Origin: an uncultured Chloroflexia bacterium
GTDB taxonomy: Bacteria; Chloroflexota; Limnocylindria; Limnocylindrales; CSP1-4
Direction of reading: 5' to 3'
Length of the DNA: 64,000 bases
NCBI GenBank assembly: GCA_963763775.1
Contig: CAVXPZ010000001.1
Coordinates: 800,001-864,000 of the forward strand
A program made the position numbers and the translations under genes. Below the pieces are notes generated by a model. It saw only the letters and a list, made by a program, of their open reading frames with translations, had not been told where the DNA came from and did not search any database. Numbering within the stretch: the first letter of the stretch is position 1; each line of letters begins with the position of its first letter. Below, one piece after another: positions 30,722-41,770 of the stretch.

Positions 30722-31825
30722 TCAGGCCACCGCGCGCTGGCGCAACGGGACCCCGGACCCGCCGTACCGTTCCGCGACGACCTCCGCGAGGATCGCGAGG
30801 GCCGTCTCGGCCGGGGCTCGGCCGCCCAGGTCCAGCCCGACCGGCCCACGGAGCTGCGCGAGCTCATCGGCCGTCACGCCGGCTTCGAGTAGCCGGGCTC
30901 GTCGATCCCCCTGGGTCTTCTTGGAGCCGACAGCCCCCACGTACCGGCAGCCGCGTCGCAACGCCTCCACGATGGCCGGCTCGTCGAACTTGACGTCGTG
31001 GGTGAGCACCGCGACGGCGTCGTTCGGCCCGAGGCCGATCTCGTCGGCGACCTCATCGGGCCAGCCGACGATGAGCTCGTCGACATCGGGGAACCGCTCC
31101 GGGGTGGCGAAGCTGGCCCGGCCGTCGATCACGATCGTCTCGAAGCCGAGCTCACGCGCCAACCGCACGAGCGAGCGCGCGACCTCCACGGCGCCGACGA
31201 CCACGAGGCGCGGCCGGACCGGGAAGACCTCGATGAAGTACCCGCGCCCCTCGAGGTCCGCGGTCCGTGATAGGCCGCGCCGGAGCGCCTCAGCGGCGGC
31301 GGCGGACAACGCCGCGTCAACGTCTGGCGATCCCGTGGAGCCGTCCAGCTGGCCACCGTCGTGATAGACGAGCTCCGGCACGGGCGGCGCCCCGGTCCCT
31401 GGCTCGTGCGGCCCGAAGGCCCCGGGCGGAGAATCGGCGGGGAGTGGCGTGACGACCGCCGACCCGTGCCCGCCCGCGCCGAGCGACGCACGGGCCGCGG
31501 CGGCCACGGGCGCCGGCAGGGCCGGCTCGATGAGGACGTCGATCGTGCCCCCGCAGGCGAGGCCCACGTCCCACGCCTGCTCGTCGCTGATGCCGTAGCG
31601 GATGACGCGAGCGTTGCCGGAGGCGCGGGCGTGGTCGATCTCCTCGGCCGCGGCCCCCTCGACGCAACCGCCGCTGACCGAGCCCGCGATCCGGCCGTCG
31701 GCGGCGTAGAGCAGCACGGCCCCCTCGGGGCGTGGCGCGGACCCGAACGTCCGCACCACGACGGCACGACCCACGGCGACCCCGTCGCCGGACCAGGAAT
31801 CGAGCGTCTCGAGCAGTTCCTTCAT
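30722..31825 (-). CDS. XdhC/CoxI-family Moco insertion chaperone
   Basis: GSAPRPEGA, GSVSGGCVE, GLACGG, LTHDVKFD and GPVGLDLGG. Confidence 0.9.
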   Translation of the reverse strand: MKELLETLDSWSGDGVAVGRAVVVRTFGSAPRPEGAVLLYAADGRIAGSVSGGCVEGAAAEEIDHARASGNARVIRYGISDEQAWDVGLACGGTIDVLIEPALPAPVAAAARASLGAGGHGSAVVTPLPADSPPGAFGPHEPGTGAPPVPELVYHDGGQLDGSTGSPDVDAALSAAAAEALRRGLSRTADLEGRGYFIEVFPVRPRLVVVGAVEVARSLVRLARELGFETIVIDGRASFATPERFPDVDELIVGWPDEVADEIGLGPNDAVAVLTHDVKFDEPAIVEALRRGCRYVGAVGSKKTQGDRRARLLEAGVTADELAQLRGPVGLDLGGRAPAETALAILAEVVAERYGGSGVPLRQRAVA

Positions 31826-33210
31826 CGGATCGGCCTCGGTGCGGATGGATCGGTCGGCATCCCGCCGACGACGTTCGGGGGCGCGGTCACGGCCGGGACA
31901 GCGGCGGCGGTCGGCAGGGCGGCGTGCGCGGCGGCCTCGCTGCCGCGGCGCGTGTCGCCGGCACGGACGCCGCCGAGGATCTCGCCCAGGCGCTCGAGGT
32001 TGGCCACCGTCCCCGCGGCGAGGAAGTCGTCGATGTAGGGGTAGGCCGCCCGCATCCCGCCGGCGAGCGGCTGGTACCCGGGCGTGCCGGCCAGCGGGTT
32101 GAGCCAGACCAGCCGGTGGCAGTTGCGGCGCAGGCGGGCCGTCTCGGTCGCCACGAGCGCCGGGTCGCCGCGGTCCCAGCCGTCGGAGACCACGATCACC
32201 ACGCCGGACGTCCGGAGCGTGCGTCGTGCCCAGTGCTGGTTGAACGTCCGGAACGACTCGCCGATCCGCGTGCCGCCCGCCCAGTCGTTCACGGCCTCGG
32301 AGACGCGGGCCAGCGCGCGGTCCCGGTCGCGGTCGCGCAGCAGCCGAGTGACGCGCGTCAGCCGCGTCCCGAAGACGAAGGACTCGGTGCGGACCTCGGA
32401 CGCGGCCGAGAGTGCCTGGACGAACCGCAGCAGCAGCCGCGAGTGGCGCTCCATCGATCCCGAGATGTCGCAGATGACGACGAGCGAGCGCGGCTCGCGG
32501 ATCGGCCGCCGCCAGACCCACGACATCAGCTGCCCACCCGTCCCGAGGTTCCTGCGGAACATCGCGCGCGGCGCGAGACGGCGTCCGTGCGAGTGCAGCT
32601 CCTGCCGACGCGTCCGCCGCTGTTCGAGCCGCGGCACGAGCCGGTCCACGAGGCGCTCCGCCTCCCGCAGCTCGGCGGGCGTCATCCGGTCGAACTCGCG
32701 GTGGCGCAGCACCTCGCCCTGGCTGTACGCGTCGGGCGAGATGACGATGCCCTCGATCTCCGCGTCGTCGTCCGCCTCGTCCTCGCCGGTCGACGGCATC
32801 GGGACGCCGTGCTCGTCGGCCTGGGCATCGGTGCCCTCGGTGCCAGGTTGCGGCTCCCCGGTCCCGTCCGCGTCGGCGTCGGCCGGGGCGTTCGGGGCGG
32901 CGATCGGCGGCGGTTCGAAGGCCCCCGGCATCCGCGCGTTCCGCCGGCGCCACCAGCGGTCGAAGACCGCGTCGTAGACCGCGCGGTCGTCACGCCGACG
33001 CACGAAGATGGCCTCGCCGGCCCCGCGGACCTGCTCGCGGTCGCCGATGTCGACGAGGGTCAGGGCCCGGGCGAAGTCCACGGCGGCGCCGATGTCGATG
33101 GCCAGCCGCGCCGCCCGCAGGGCCCGCCCGAACCCGACGGCCTCGTTGAGGAGGCGGCGCCCGTCGACTTCGGGCCCGAAGGGCGCCTGGACGATGGCGG
33201 GGTCGGTCAT
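31822..33210 (-). CDS. coxE: CoxE VWA domain protein
   Basis: CDISGSME, F.FGTRLTRVT, WAGGTRIG, SDGWDRGD and WLNPL. Confidence 0.9.
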   Translation of the reverse strand: MTDPAIVQAPFGPEVDGRRLLNEAVGFGRALRAARLAIDIGAAVDFARALTLVDIGDREQVRGAGEAIFVRRRDDRAVYDAVFDRWWRRRNARMPGAFEPPPIAAPNAPADADADGTGEPQPGTEGTDAQADEHGVPMPSTGEDEADDDAEIEGIVISPDAYSQGEVLRHREFDRMTPAELREAERLVDRLVPRLEQRRTRRQELHSHGRRLAPRAMFRRNLGTGGQLMSWVWRRPIREPRSLVVICDISGSMERHSRLLLRFVQALSAASEVRTESFVFGTRLTRVTRLLRDRDRDRALARVSEAVNDWAGGTRIGESFRTFNQHWARRTLRTSGVVIVVSDGWDRGDPALVATETARLRRNCHRLVWLNPLAGTPGYQPLAGGMRAAYPYIDDFLAAGTVANLERLGEILGGVRAGDTRRGSEAAAHAALPTAAAVPAVTAPPNVVGGMPTDPSAPRPIR

Positions 33211-33223
33211 CGGTCGTCTCCGC

Positions 33224-34142
33224 TCAGCCGCCGGCGGCGACCTCGGACAGGATGCGCCGGGCGTTGTCGCCGCGGACCTGGCGGATGTCCTCCTCGTACT
33301 TGAGGACGACGCCGAGCGTTTCGTCGACGAGTTCCGGCGCCAGCTCGCGCGCGCCGAGCGACAGCAGCGCCGCCGCCCAGTCGAGCGTCTCGGCGATCCC
33401 CGGCACCTTCGTCAGGTCGGCCTCGCGGAGCCGGTGGACGAACCCGACCACCTCGTGCGCGAGCTGCTCCGGGGCGCCGGGCACCTTCGCGAGCACGATC
33501 TCGTACTCCTTCTGGGCGGTCGGGTAGTCGATCCAGTGGTACAGGCAGCGGCGCTTGAGCGCGTCGTGGACCTCGCGCGTGCGGTTCGAGGTCAGGATCA
33601 CCCGAGGCGGCAGCTCCGCCTTGATCGTGCCGATCTCGGGGACCGTGACCTGGAAGTCCGACAGGATCTCGAGCAGGTACGCCTCGAACTCCTCGTCGGC
33701 GCGGTCGATCTCGTCGATGAGCAGGACCGGCGCCACCCCGTCGTGGACCTCGAGCGCCTGGAGGAGCGGCCGGCGGATGAGGAAGTCCGAGCCGAAGATG
33801 TCGTGCGCACTGGCCTGGTCGGCCTCGCCGCGCGCCTCGAGCAGCCGGATCTCGAGCATCTGGCGCGGGTAGTTCCACTCGTACACGGCCGTGTTGACGT
33901 CGAGGCCTTCGTAGCACTGGAGCCGGATGAGCTTGGCGCCGAGCGATGCCGAGAGGACCTTGGCCAGCTCCGTCTTGCCGACGCCGGCCTCGCCCTCGAG
34001 CAGGAGCGGCCGACCCGAGCTCGAGCGCCAGGAAGACGGCCGTCGCGAGCGAGCGGTCGGCGATGTAGTCGCGGTCGCGGAAGTCGGACTGGATGGCCTC
34101 GATGGAGCGGGTCCCCTCGGGGCGGGTGTCTCGGTCGGTCAT
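33224..34142 (-). CDS. coxD: CoxD MoxR-family AAA+ ATPase (frameshift near 34015)
   Basis: LLLEGEAGVGKTE, RLQCYEGLD, YEWNYPRQ, LLIDEIDRADEEFEA and TSNRTREVHDALKRRC. Confidence 0.9.
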
Positions 34143-34161
34143 CGGCGGAATCTACACGGCC

Positions 34162-35205
34162 TCAGCCATCGGGGGCATCCAGCTCGCGGGCGTACGCCGG
34201 GAACCGGAACCGCTGCGAGCGGGTGAGGATGCCGCCGTACCCGAGCTTGGCGACCGTCCGCTCCGAGGCGGGCTCGCCGGAGAGCAACCGCGGCAGCAGC
34301 AGGTCCGCGGCCGTGGCCTTGGAATACGCGCCGCAGGTGGGCAGGCCCAGGATCGCCGTCCGGCCGACGCGGGCGAGCCACAGCATCGATCCAGGGTGCG
34401 CGGGGACGCCGCGCCGGATCACCCGACCACCGAGCGTGGCGATCGCCGTGAAGACCGGGTCCCGCGGGTCCGTGCTCGCCGCACCGGCGGTCAGCACGAG
34501 GTCGACGGGGTCGCCGTTGCTCGTGAACCGCGCCAGCGATTCCTCGACGGCGTCGGCGTCGTCCTCGACGTAGTCGATCGCGACGATGATCGAGCCGAGC
34601 CCCTCGACCTTGGCGCGCACGCTGGCCTCGAACCGTTCACGCGCGGTGGCGCGCACGGACTCCTTGACGATCACGCCGACGCGCGACGGCACGAACGGCG
34701 CGACCCACACGATGGGGTGCGAGCCGAAGTCCGTGATGCGCACGCCCTCGTCCACGATCGCGGCTTCCACGACGTGCGGCGCCACCTTGATGCTCGCGAC
34801 GAGGTCGCCGCGGTCGACGATCTGCCCGTCGAAGACCGTGAAGACCTCGAGCGGGTCCAGGCGGTTGATCCGCTCGAGTTCCACGACGCGGACGTTGACG
34901 ACCCCGGCCGTCGCGGCGACCAGGTCGATCCGGCTCTGGTTCGGGCCACGCACCTCGAGCCCCGACCCGGCGACCGCCTTGGCCAGCCGGACCGCGGCGT
35001 CGTCCTCGTGCAGCTCGCCGGCCTCGGCGATGAGCACCGTCACGGGCGGACCGGGATCCGCGGTCGCGAGGGCGAGCAGGTCGTCGCCGCTCAGCCGGCG
35101 ACCCTTGACCCAGCGGGCGTCGCCGACCCGCAGGTCACGGGCGAGGACGGCCCCTTCGAGGCGGCCCGGGGCGCGCCGACCAGGCGTGACCTGCTCGACG
35201 CGCAC
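34162..35205 (-). CDS. Molybdopterin-binding (MoCF biosynthesis/MoeA C-terminal-like) protein
   Basis: LHEDDAA.RLA, L.AGAASTDP.D, GVPAHPGSMLWL and LGLPTC motifs. Confidence 0.75.
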   Translation of the reverse strand: MRVEQVTPGRRAPGRLEGAVLARDLRVGDARWVKGRRLSGDDLLALATADPGPPVTVLIAEAGELHEDDAAVRLAKAVAGSGLEVRGPNQSRIDLVAATAGVVNVRVVELERINRLDPLEVFTVFDGQIVDRGDLVASIKVAPHVVEAAIVDEGVRITDFGSHPIVWVAPFVPSRVGVIVKESVRATARERFEASVRAKVEGLGSIIVAIDYVEDDADAVEESLARFTSNGDPVDLVLTAGAASTDPRDPVFTAIATLGGRVIRRGVPAHPGSMLWLARVGRTAILGLPTCGAYSKATAADLLLPRLLSGEPASERTVAKLGYGGILTRSQRFRFPAYARELDAPDG

Positions 35206-35223
35206 GCGGGGACGCCGGGGCCG

Positions 35224-36078
35224 TCAGGCGGAGCGGCCGAGCGCGGCGTCGATCGCGCGACGGGTGTAGACCGCGGCCATCTGCGTCCGATACGCCCGGT
35301 CCGCGTGGATGTCGCTGTTGACCGCGACGCTGTCGGTGGCGTGGGCGGCCGCCGCCGCGACCGCGGCGGCGGACCCGTCGCTGCCGAGCAGGGCCGTCTC
35401 GACCGCCTTCGCACGGTACGGGTGCTCCCCGACCCCGGTCAGCGCGACGCGGGCGTGGGTCACGACGCCGCCGCTCGACGCGACGACGGCCGCGACCCCG
35501 ACGATCGAGTAGCCCGACGCGGGCTGCTTGAGCTTGCGGTACGCGCCTTCGGCTCCGGCCGGCAACGGGCCGCGCCGCAGCGAGACGAGGATCTCGTCCG
35601 ACTCCATGGCCGTCTGGAACGGCCCTTCGAAGAACCCGTCGAGCGGCACGACCCGTTCGCCGCGCGAGGACCGGAGCACCGCCGAGTAGTCGAGCGCGAG
35701 GGCCAGCGCCGGGGCGTCGGACGCCGGATCGCAGTGCGCGATCGAGCCGCCGACGGTGCCGCGGTTGCGGACCTGGACGTCGCCGATGTCGAGCAGGCAG
35801 TCACGGGCGAACCCGAGCGTCGTCGACTCGATGACCTCGGCGTAGGTCGACAGCGCGCCCATCTCGAAGCCGCCGTCGGCGGTGGCCGTGGCGCCCTTGA
35901 GCTCGGACAGGCGTCCGATGTCGATGAGCGTGTCGGCATGCGCCAGCCGCAGCTTCATGAGCGGCAGCAGGCTCATCCCGCCGGCGATGACCTTGGCCGA
36001 GCCCCCCGACGCCGCGAGCGCCGAGAGCGCCGCGTCCAGGGTCGCCGGACGCTCGTACGAGAACGACGCCGGGATCAT
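35224..36078 (-). CDS. FAD subunit of a form II CODH-like molybdenum hydroxylase
   Basis: [34 protein letters not shown] and K.KQPASGY. Confidence 0.9.
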   Translation of the reverse strand: MIPASFSYERPATLDAALSALAASGGSAKVIAGGMSLLPLMKLRLAHADTLIDIGRLSELKGATATADGGFEMGALSTYAEVIESTTLGFARDCLLDIGDVQVRNRGTVGGSIAHCDPASDAPALALALDYSAVLRSSRGERVVPLDGFFEGPFQTAMESDEILVSLRRGPLPAGAEGAYRKLKQPASGYSIVGVAAVVASSGGVVTHARVALTGVGEHPYRAKAVETALLGSDGSAAAVAAAAAHATDSVAVNSDIHADRAYRTQMAAVYTRRAIDAALGRSA

Positions 36079-38499
36079 GCCTGGCCTCCCTTCGCGGACT
36101 GGATGGCCCGCCACACGGTCTGGTTCGAGTACGGCATGTCGAGATGGCGGATCCCGAGCGGGCTGAGCGCGTCCACGACCGCGTTGGCGACGGCCGCCGT
36201 GCTGGCGATGGCCCCGGCCTCGCCGACACCCTTCACGCCGATCGGGTTGACCGGCGACGGGGTGACGGTCTCGTCGAGCTCGATGTTCGGGAACCACGCG
36301 GCCCGCGGGAGGGCGTAGTCGAGCATCGAGCCGGTGAGGAGCTGGCCCTCGTCGCTGTAGACGGCGCCCTCCCAGAGGGCCTGGCCGACGCCCTGGGCGA
36401 TGCCGCCGTGGAGCTGCCCGTCCACGATCATCGGGTTGATCTTCTTGCCGACGTCGTCGACCGCGACGTATCGGACCAGCTCGACGTGGCCGGTCTCCTC
36501 GTCGATCTCGACGATCGCGATGTGGGTCCCGAACGGCCAGGTGCAGTTCGGCGTGTCGTAGTAGGCCGTCTCGTCGAGGTACGGCTCCATGCCCTCGGGC
36601 GTGTCGAAGGCGAGGTCCAGCGCGAAGGCGATCTCCTGGATGGTCTTCACCTTGTCCGGGCTGCCCTTGACGCGGTAGTTCGGCGCCGTCGACCTCGATG
36701 TCCTCGGGCGAGGCCTCGAGCATGTGCGCCGCGTACCGGCGGGCCTTCTCGCGGACCTTGCCCGCGGCCTTGATGGCCGCGGTCATGCCGACGGACGACG
36801 TCCGGCTGCCGTACGACCCGTAGCCGAACGGCGTGCCCTGCGTGTCCGAGTGCTGGACGACGATGTCCTCCATCGGGACGCCGAGCTCCTGGGCGACGAC
36901 CTGCGCGTACGTGGTCTCGTGGCCCTGGCCCTGCGGCTGGGTGCCCATCGTGACGACGACCTTGCCGGTCAGGTGGACGCGGATGTTGGACGACTCCCAC
37001 ATCGCCGCGCCCCAGCCCTCGCCGACGGCGCCGATCCACTTGGACGGGGCGACGCCGCAGACCTCGATGTAGGTGCTGAGGCCGAGCCCGAGCAGCTTGC
37101 CGCGGCCCTTCGCCTCGGCCTTCTTCGCCGCGAGGTCGGCGTACCCGACCGTGGCGAGCGCCTTGTCCATCGCCGGCTCGTAGTTGCCGGAGTCGATGTA
37201 GATCTTGGCGCCGCCCGACGCGGTCCCGAGGCCGGACGGGTTCTCGTACGGGAACTTGTCCGGGGCGATGAAGTTCCGGCGCCGGATCTCGGCGCGGTCC
37301 ATGCCGATCTCGGCGGCGAACAGGTCCATCGCGCGCTCGATGACGTAGGTCGCCTCCGGGCGGCCGGCGCCGCGGTACGCGTCGACGAACGTGGTGTTCG
37401 TGTAGACCCCGGTCACTTCGGCGTAGACGTTCGGGATCTTGTAGCAGCCCGACAGGACGCGGGCGTAGAGGGTGGTCGGGATGCCTGGGCCGATCGTGGA
37501 GAGCCGGCCGCCGAGGTTCGCGAACGTCTTGACGCGGAGCCCGGTGATCTCGCCGTCGCGCTTGCCGGCGATCTCGAGGTACGTGATGTGGTCGCGGCCG
37601 TGGATCGTGCTCTGGTAGTTCTCGCGGCGACCTTCGACCCACTTGACGGGCACGCCGCCGAGGGCCTTGCTGGTGAACATCGTGAGCGCCATGTCGGCGT
37701 AGCAGAAGATCTTGCTGCCGAAGGCGCCGCCGACGTCCGGGCTGATGCAGCGGACCTTGTGTTCCGGGATGCCCGTCACGAAGGCCGTCAGCAGCAGCCG
37801 CTGGATGTGCGGCGTCTGGCTCGACATCCAGACGGTGTACTCGTCGGTGCCCGGGTTGTACCAGCCGATGTCGCCGCGAGTCTCCATCGAGTTGGGGATC
37901 AGCCGCTGATTGACGATCCGCTGGCGGACGACGACCTCCGCGTCGTCGATGGCGGAGTCCGTGCCGGCCTTGTCGCCGACGCTCCACTCGAAGACGACGT
38001 TGTTCGGGGCGTTCTCGTGGAGTTGCGGTGCACCCGGCTGGGTCGCCTTCTCGGCGTCCACGACCGTCGGGAGCGGCTCCCAGTCGACGACGATGAGGTC
38101 GAGCGCGTCGAAGGCCTGCGCCTCGGTCTCGGCGACCACGACGGCCACGCCCTCGCCGGTCCACTTCACGTCGTCGGTCGCGAGGACCCGCGGCGTGTTG
38201 ACGTTGTTCCGGAGCCCGGCGCTGCCGCCGGCCGGCCAGGCCATCGGGAGCGGGTTGTACGGGATGTCCGCGCCGACCCAGACCCCGAGGACACCGGGGG
38301 CGGCCTTGGCCGCGGACGTGTCGATCGAGCGGATGTTGGCGTGCGCGTAGGGGCTGCGCAGGATGGCCATGTGGGCCATCGAGGCCAGCTTGATGTCGTC
38401 GAGGTAGTTGCCCTCGCCGGTGATGAAGCGCGGGTCCTCGACCCGCTTGATGCGCTTGCCGAACGGGTTGCCGGTCGGGGCGTCGAGCACGTCGGTCAT
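36075..38499 (-). CDS. Large subunit of a form II CODH-like/xanthine dehydrogenase-family Mo hydroxylase (frameshift near 36680)
   Basis: [10 protein letters not shown] motif with no Cu-binding Cys; [26 protein letters not shown] and KGVGEAG. Confidence 0.9.
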
Positions 38500-38514
38500 C
38501 GTCGGTCCCTTCCG

Positions 38515-39009
<495 letters not shown>

Positions 39010-39117
39010 GGACAAGACCTCCTCCGGCATGTGCTGCCTGGCGCGGAGATGGCCGCGCCGCCCCTTGGAGCATCCGGGTCCCCGCGACGACCGGACCGGG
39101 TCGGGCGAGGTCGGTCG

Positions 39118-39146
39118 ATGGTGGCACCGGAGCGATTCGGAATCAA
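39118..39146 (-). promoter_or_regulatory. Putative promoter of the form II-like operon
   Basis: Minus strand reads TTGATT-N17-CACCAT, overlapping the short palindrome GATTC-G-GAATC. Confidence 0.35.
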
Positions 39147-39185
39147 GTCGGATACGCGCCGGGGTACTGGGGCGTGGCCCGTCGC

Positions 39186-40082
39186 TCAGTCGCGACCCGG
39201 CCGCGGCCGCCCGGATGCCCTCGGTGGGCGAGGCTCGTACCGCCCCAAGGCGGCGCTCCGCGCGTCGACGGCACGCGGATCGAGGGCGGCCGCGAGCTGG
39301 TCCCCGGGCAGGACCGCGATCCGGGCGGCGTCCATGAGGCGGTCCAGCTTGCCGAGGGCGGTCGCCCAATCGAGGGCGGCCAGCGACGACGCGGTCGCGA
39401 GGCCGACCCGATCGAGGCCGCGGCCCGCGCTCGAGGCGGCGTACCCAGCCGCCCACACGAGCGTCTCGGGGCCGTCGTCGGAGCCGGCCACCGGCGACAG
39501 CGCCCCGCACACGACGCCGCGCTCGCGCGGGAGGGCGCGCACGAGACGCCAGTTGTCGGGTCCCGCGATGAGGTCCACGGCCAGACTGGCGTATGGCGGC
39601 GTGAGGATCGTCTCCGTCCCGGCGGTGTCGGCGCTCCCCCCGGTGACGGCGAGCGAGAGGTGGAGCCCGGGCATCTCGTGCAGGCCGTCCAGCAGACGGT
39701 CGTGGAGGTCCCGGAATTGGGACTGCTCAGCCACGTCGGCACCGATCGCGGCGGCGGCCGGTTCATGGACCTCGACGTACGGACAGCCGGCGTCGGCGAG
39801 GCGCTCGATGCTCGAGCGCCAGGCTTCGATAGCGCCGGCGTGGACCACGCCGCCCGTGTACGGACCGACCACCACCGCCTTGACGACCGTCGCGCCGGCC
39901 GACGCGACGACCGATCGCCACGAGGCGACCGGATCGTCGGGATCGGATGCCCATCCGCCGTCGGTCAGCGGCTCGAGCCCTCGGTCCACCTGCGCCGCGA
40001 CGATCGCCTCGAGGATCGCCCCGGTCGCGGCGCCCGCCGGCAGCGGTGGCCGTGGCAGCCCACCGAGCAGGGTCGCGAACAC
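39186..40082 (-). CDS. Degenerate cobalamin-independent methionine synthase (MetE C-terminal/Meth_synt_2) fold protein
   Basis: [10 protein letters not shown]...[28 protein letters not shown] and A..KL motifs; the Zn-ligand Cys residues are absent. Confidence 0.6.
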   Translation of the reverse strand: MFATLLGGLPRPPLPAGAATGAILEAIVAAQVDRGLEPLTDGGWASDPDDPVASWRSVVASAGATVVKAVVVGPYTGGVVHAGAIEAWRSSIERLADAGCPYVEVHEPAAAAIGADVAEQSQFRDLHDRLLDGLHEMPGLHLSLAVTGGSADTAGTETILTPPYASLAVDLIAGPDNWRLVRALPRERGVVCGALSPVAGSDDGPETLVWAAGYAASSAGRGLDRVGLATASSLAALDWATALGKLDRLMDAARIAVLPGDQLAAALDPRAVDARSAALGRYEPRPPRASGRPRPGRD

Positions 40083-40086
40083 GGCC

Positions 40087-41376
40087 TCAGGTCGTCGAGG
40101 GCGGCGTGGGCCTGAAGGACGGCGCGGCGGCGGCTACGGCGACGACGTGCGTCGTCGGCGTCGTCTCGGCCACGCCGCGCCGGGCATCGCTGCCGATCAT
40201 CAGCCCGACGACGAGCACGACCGCCACCACGCCGTACGCGATGACGCCGAGGTACCGCGGTGGCCGCAGTCGGCCGCCGACACCGGGTGGCTCCCCCGGC
40301 CGCTGCCACAGGGAGGACAACGTCGGGACGCGCGTCGGCCGCAGGACGGCGCCGAGCCAGAGGCCGGTCGCGAAGCCGCCGAGGTGCGCGGCGTTGTCGA
40401 TGTTGCCGCCGGAGGCGAAGCCGAAGACGAGGTTGATGACCACGAGGAACCCGAGCTGCCCGATGAGGCCGCGGCTCGCCCGGTCGATCGGGTGGTGGAG
40501 ATAGCTCGCGGCGAGCAGGACCCCGAAGAGCCCGAAGATGGCGCCCGACGCCCCGACCGCCGGCCCGTCGCCGCCGAAGACGAGACTGCCGATGGACCCG
40601 CCGGCGGCACAGATCAGATAGAAGGCGAGGAACGTCCACGACCCGTACCAGCGCTCGACGACCGGACCGGCCAGCCAGAGGGCCCACATGTTGAAGATCA
40701 GGTGGAACGGGATCACGTCGGAGGTCGAGTGGACCAGGGTCACGGTCCAGAGCCGCCAGTACTCCCCGTTGGCGACCGCGACGGGATCGAACCAGAGGAC
40801 CCGCATGAGGTTCTCGCCCTCGGCCGTGAACATGACCGTCAGCGACACGATCACGGTGGCCGCGATGATGATCGTGGAGAACGGGATCAGCGGGCCGTCG
40901 CCACGCGCCCGGGCGAAGTACTTCTTGGCGGTGCCCGTGTCGCCGGTCTCCTTGGCGAGCCAGCCGAGCCGCGACGCGATCTCGGCCTTGTCCGACTCGG
41001 GGGCGCGCCGGTCCGCTTCGCGATAGGCGCGCATCGCCGGCCCAAGCTCCCCGGCACGGACGTACGCGGCGGCAAGATTGCGCCAGACCGGATAGGTGGA
41101 GGGTGTCTCGCCGAGCTCGAGGACCGCTTTCCAGGTCTCGACCGCACCGTCCTCGTCGTCCATGCGGTACCTGGCCTCACCGAGGCCAAGGAGCGCGGCG
41201 GCGGTCACGGCCGAGTCGTCGAAGCCGACGACCCGCTGGTAGTACGCGGCCGCCTTGGCGTACTCCCCGGCCGCCAGCATCTCGTCGGCCCGCGCGAGGA
41301 GATCGAGCGCCGCCTCGCGCGACAGGCGTCCGATCGGCGGGAGCAGGGGCGCGTCCGCAGGTCCGGGCTCGTCCAT
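40087..41376 (-). CDS. Rhomboid intramembrane serine protease with N-terminal TPR repeats
   Basis: TPR-like helices, then GEYWRL, HLIFNM, catalytic GASG and AHLGG. Confidence 0.92.
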   Translation of the reverse strand: MDEPGPADAPLLPPIGRLSREAALDLLARADEMLAAGEYAKAAAYYQRVVGFDDSAVTAAALLGLGEARYRMDDEDGAVETWKAVLELGETPSTYPVWRNLAAAYVRAGELGPAMRAYREADRRAPESDKAEIASRLGWLAKETGDTGTAKKYFARARGDGPLIPFSTIIIAATVIVSLTVMFTAEGENLMRVLWFDPVAVANGEYWRLWTVTLVHSTSDVIPFHLIFNMWALWLAGPVVERWYGSWTFLAFYLICAAGGSIGSLVFGGDGPAVGASGAIFGLFGVLLAASYLHHPIDRASRGLIGQLGFLVVINLVFGFASGGNIDNAAHLGGFATGLWLGAVLRPTRVPTLSSLWQRPGEPPGVGGRLRPPRYLGVIAYGVVAVVLVVGLMIGSDARRGVAETTPTTHVVAVAAAAPSFRPTPPSTT

Positions 41377-41451
41377 CGGCGCGACTGTACAGGAGCGCGC
41401 ACGCACCGGGGCAGCCGGGCCCGATCCGTGCTCGGACGCACCACCTGAACA

Positions 41452-41556
41452 CGACCTTTCAGCCCACCTTACATCCAGCGGGCCGCCATCAGGACCATCG
41501 CCGAACCGCGCGCGAACGACCGGGCCTCTTGGAACGGCGAGGGCCACACCTACGAT
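41452..41556 (+). promoter_or_regulatory. Conserved upstream element of Tad cassette A plus -10 box TACGAT
   Basis: 41452-41521 aligns without gaps to 45331-45400 (56/70 identical by hand count). Confidence 0.7.
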
Positions 41557-41596
41557 CGTGCACGTCGGACTCCACCCTCATCGGGGTAGCACCATC

Positions 41597-41770
41597 GTGG
41601 CGAACCCTCGCACCAACGTCTCGCATCGACGCCTTCTGGCCGTTGCCGCCCTCGCCGTCCTGGCCGTCTCCGCGTGCCAGGGTCCCGCCGAGTCGCAGCA
41701 GACCGGCCGCGTCTGGCATGCCCCGATCACCCATCGCACGGCCGTCGCCCTCGGGAACCACCGGGCATGA
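41597..41770 (+). CDS. Putative small lipoprotein (57 aa)
   Basis: MANPRTNVSHRRLLAVAALAVLAVSAC has a basic n-region, hydrophobic h-region and lipobox-like VSAC; the stop overlaps the tadE start (ATGA). Confidence 0.45.
   Translation: MANPRTNVSHRRLLAVAALAVLAVSACQGPAESQQTGRVWHAPITHRTAVALGNHRA

Noticed and set aside
35224-38499. Apparent 1091-aa large-subunit/FAD-subunit fusion ORF
   Set aside because: A frameshift near 36680 shifts the large subunit into a nonsense frame. The true C-terminus is in ORF 36075-36650, and the FAD subunit has its own ATG at 36078.
36075-38499. Second true CO dehydrogenase
   Set aside because: The AYRGAGR motif lacks the Cu-ligating Cys, so CO oxidation cannot be inferred.
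41452-41521. c-di-GMP or other riboswitch upstream of the pilus genes
   Set aside because: No GEMM-like GGCAAAC/GNRA-receptor pattern, no obvious compensatory pairing between the two copies, and the element lies upstream of the predicted -10.
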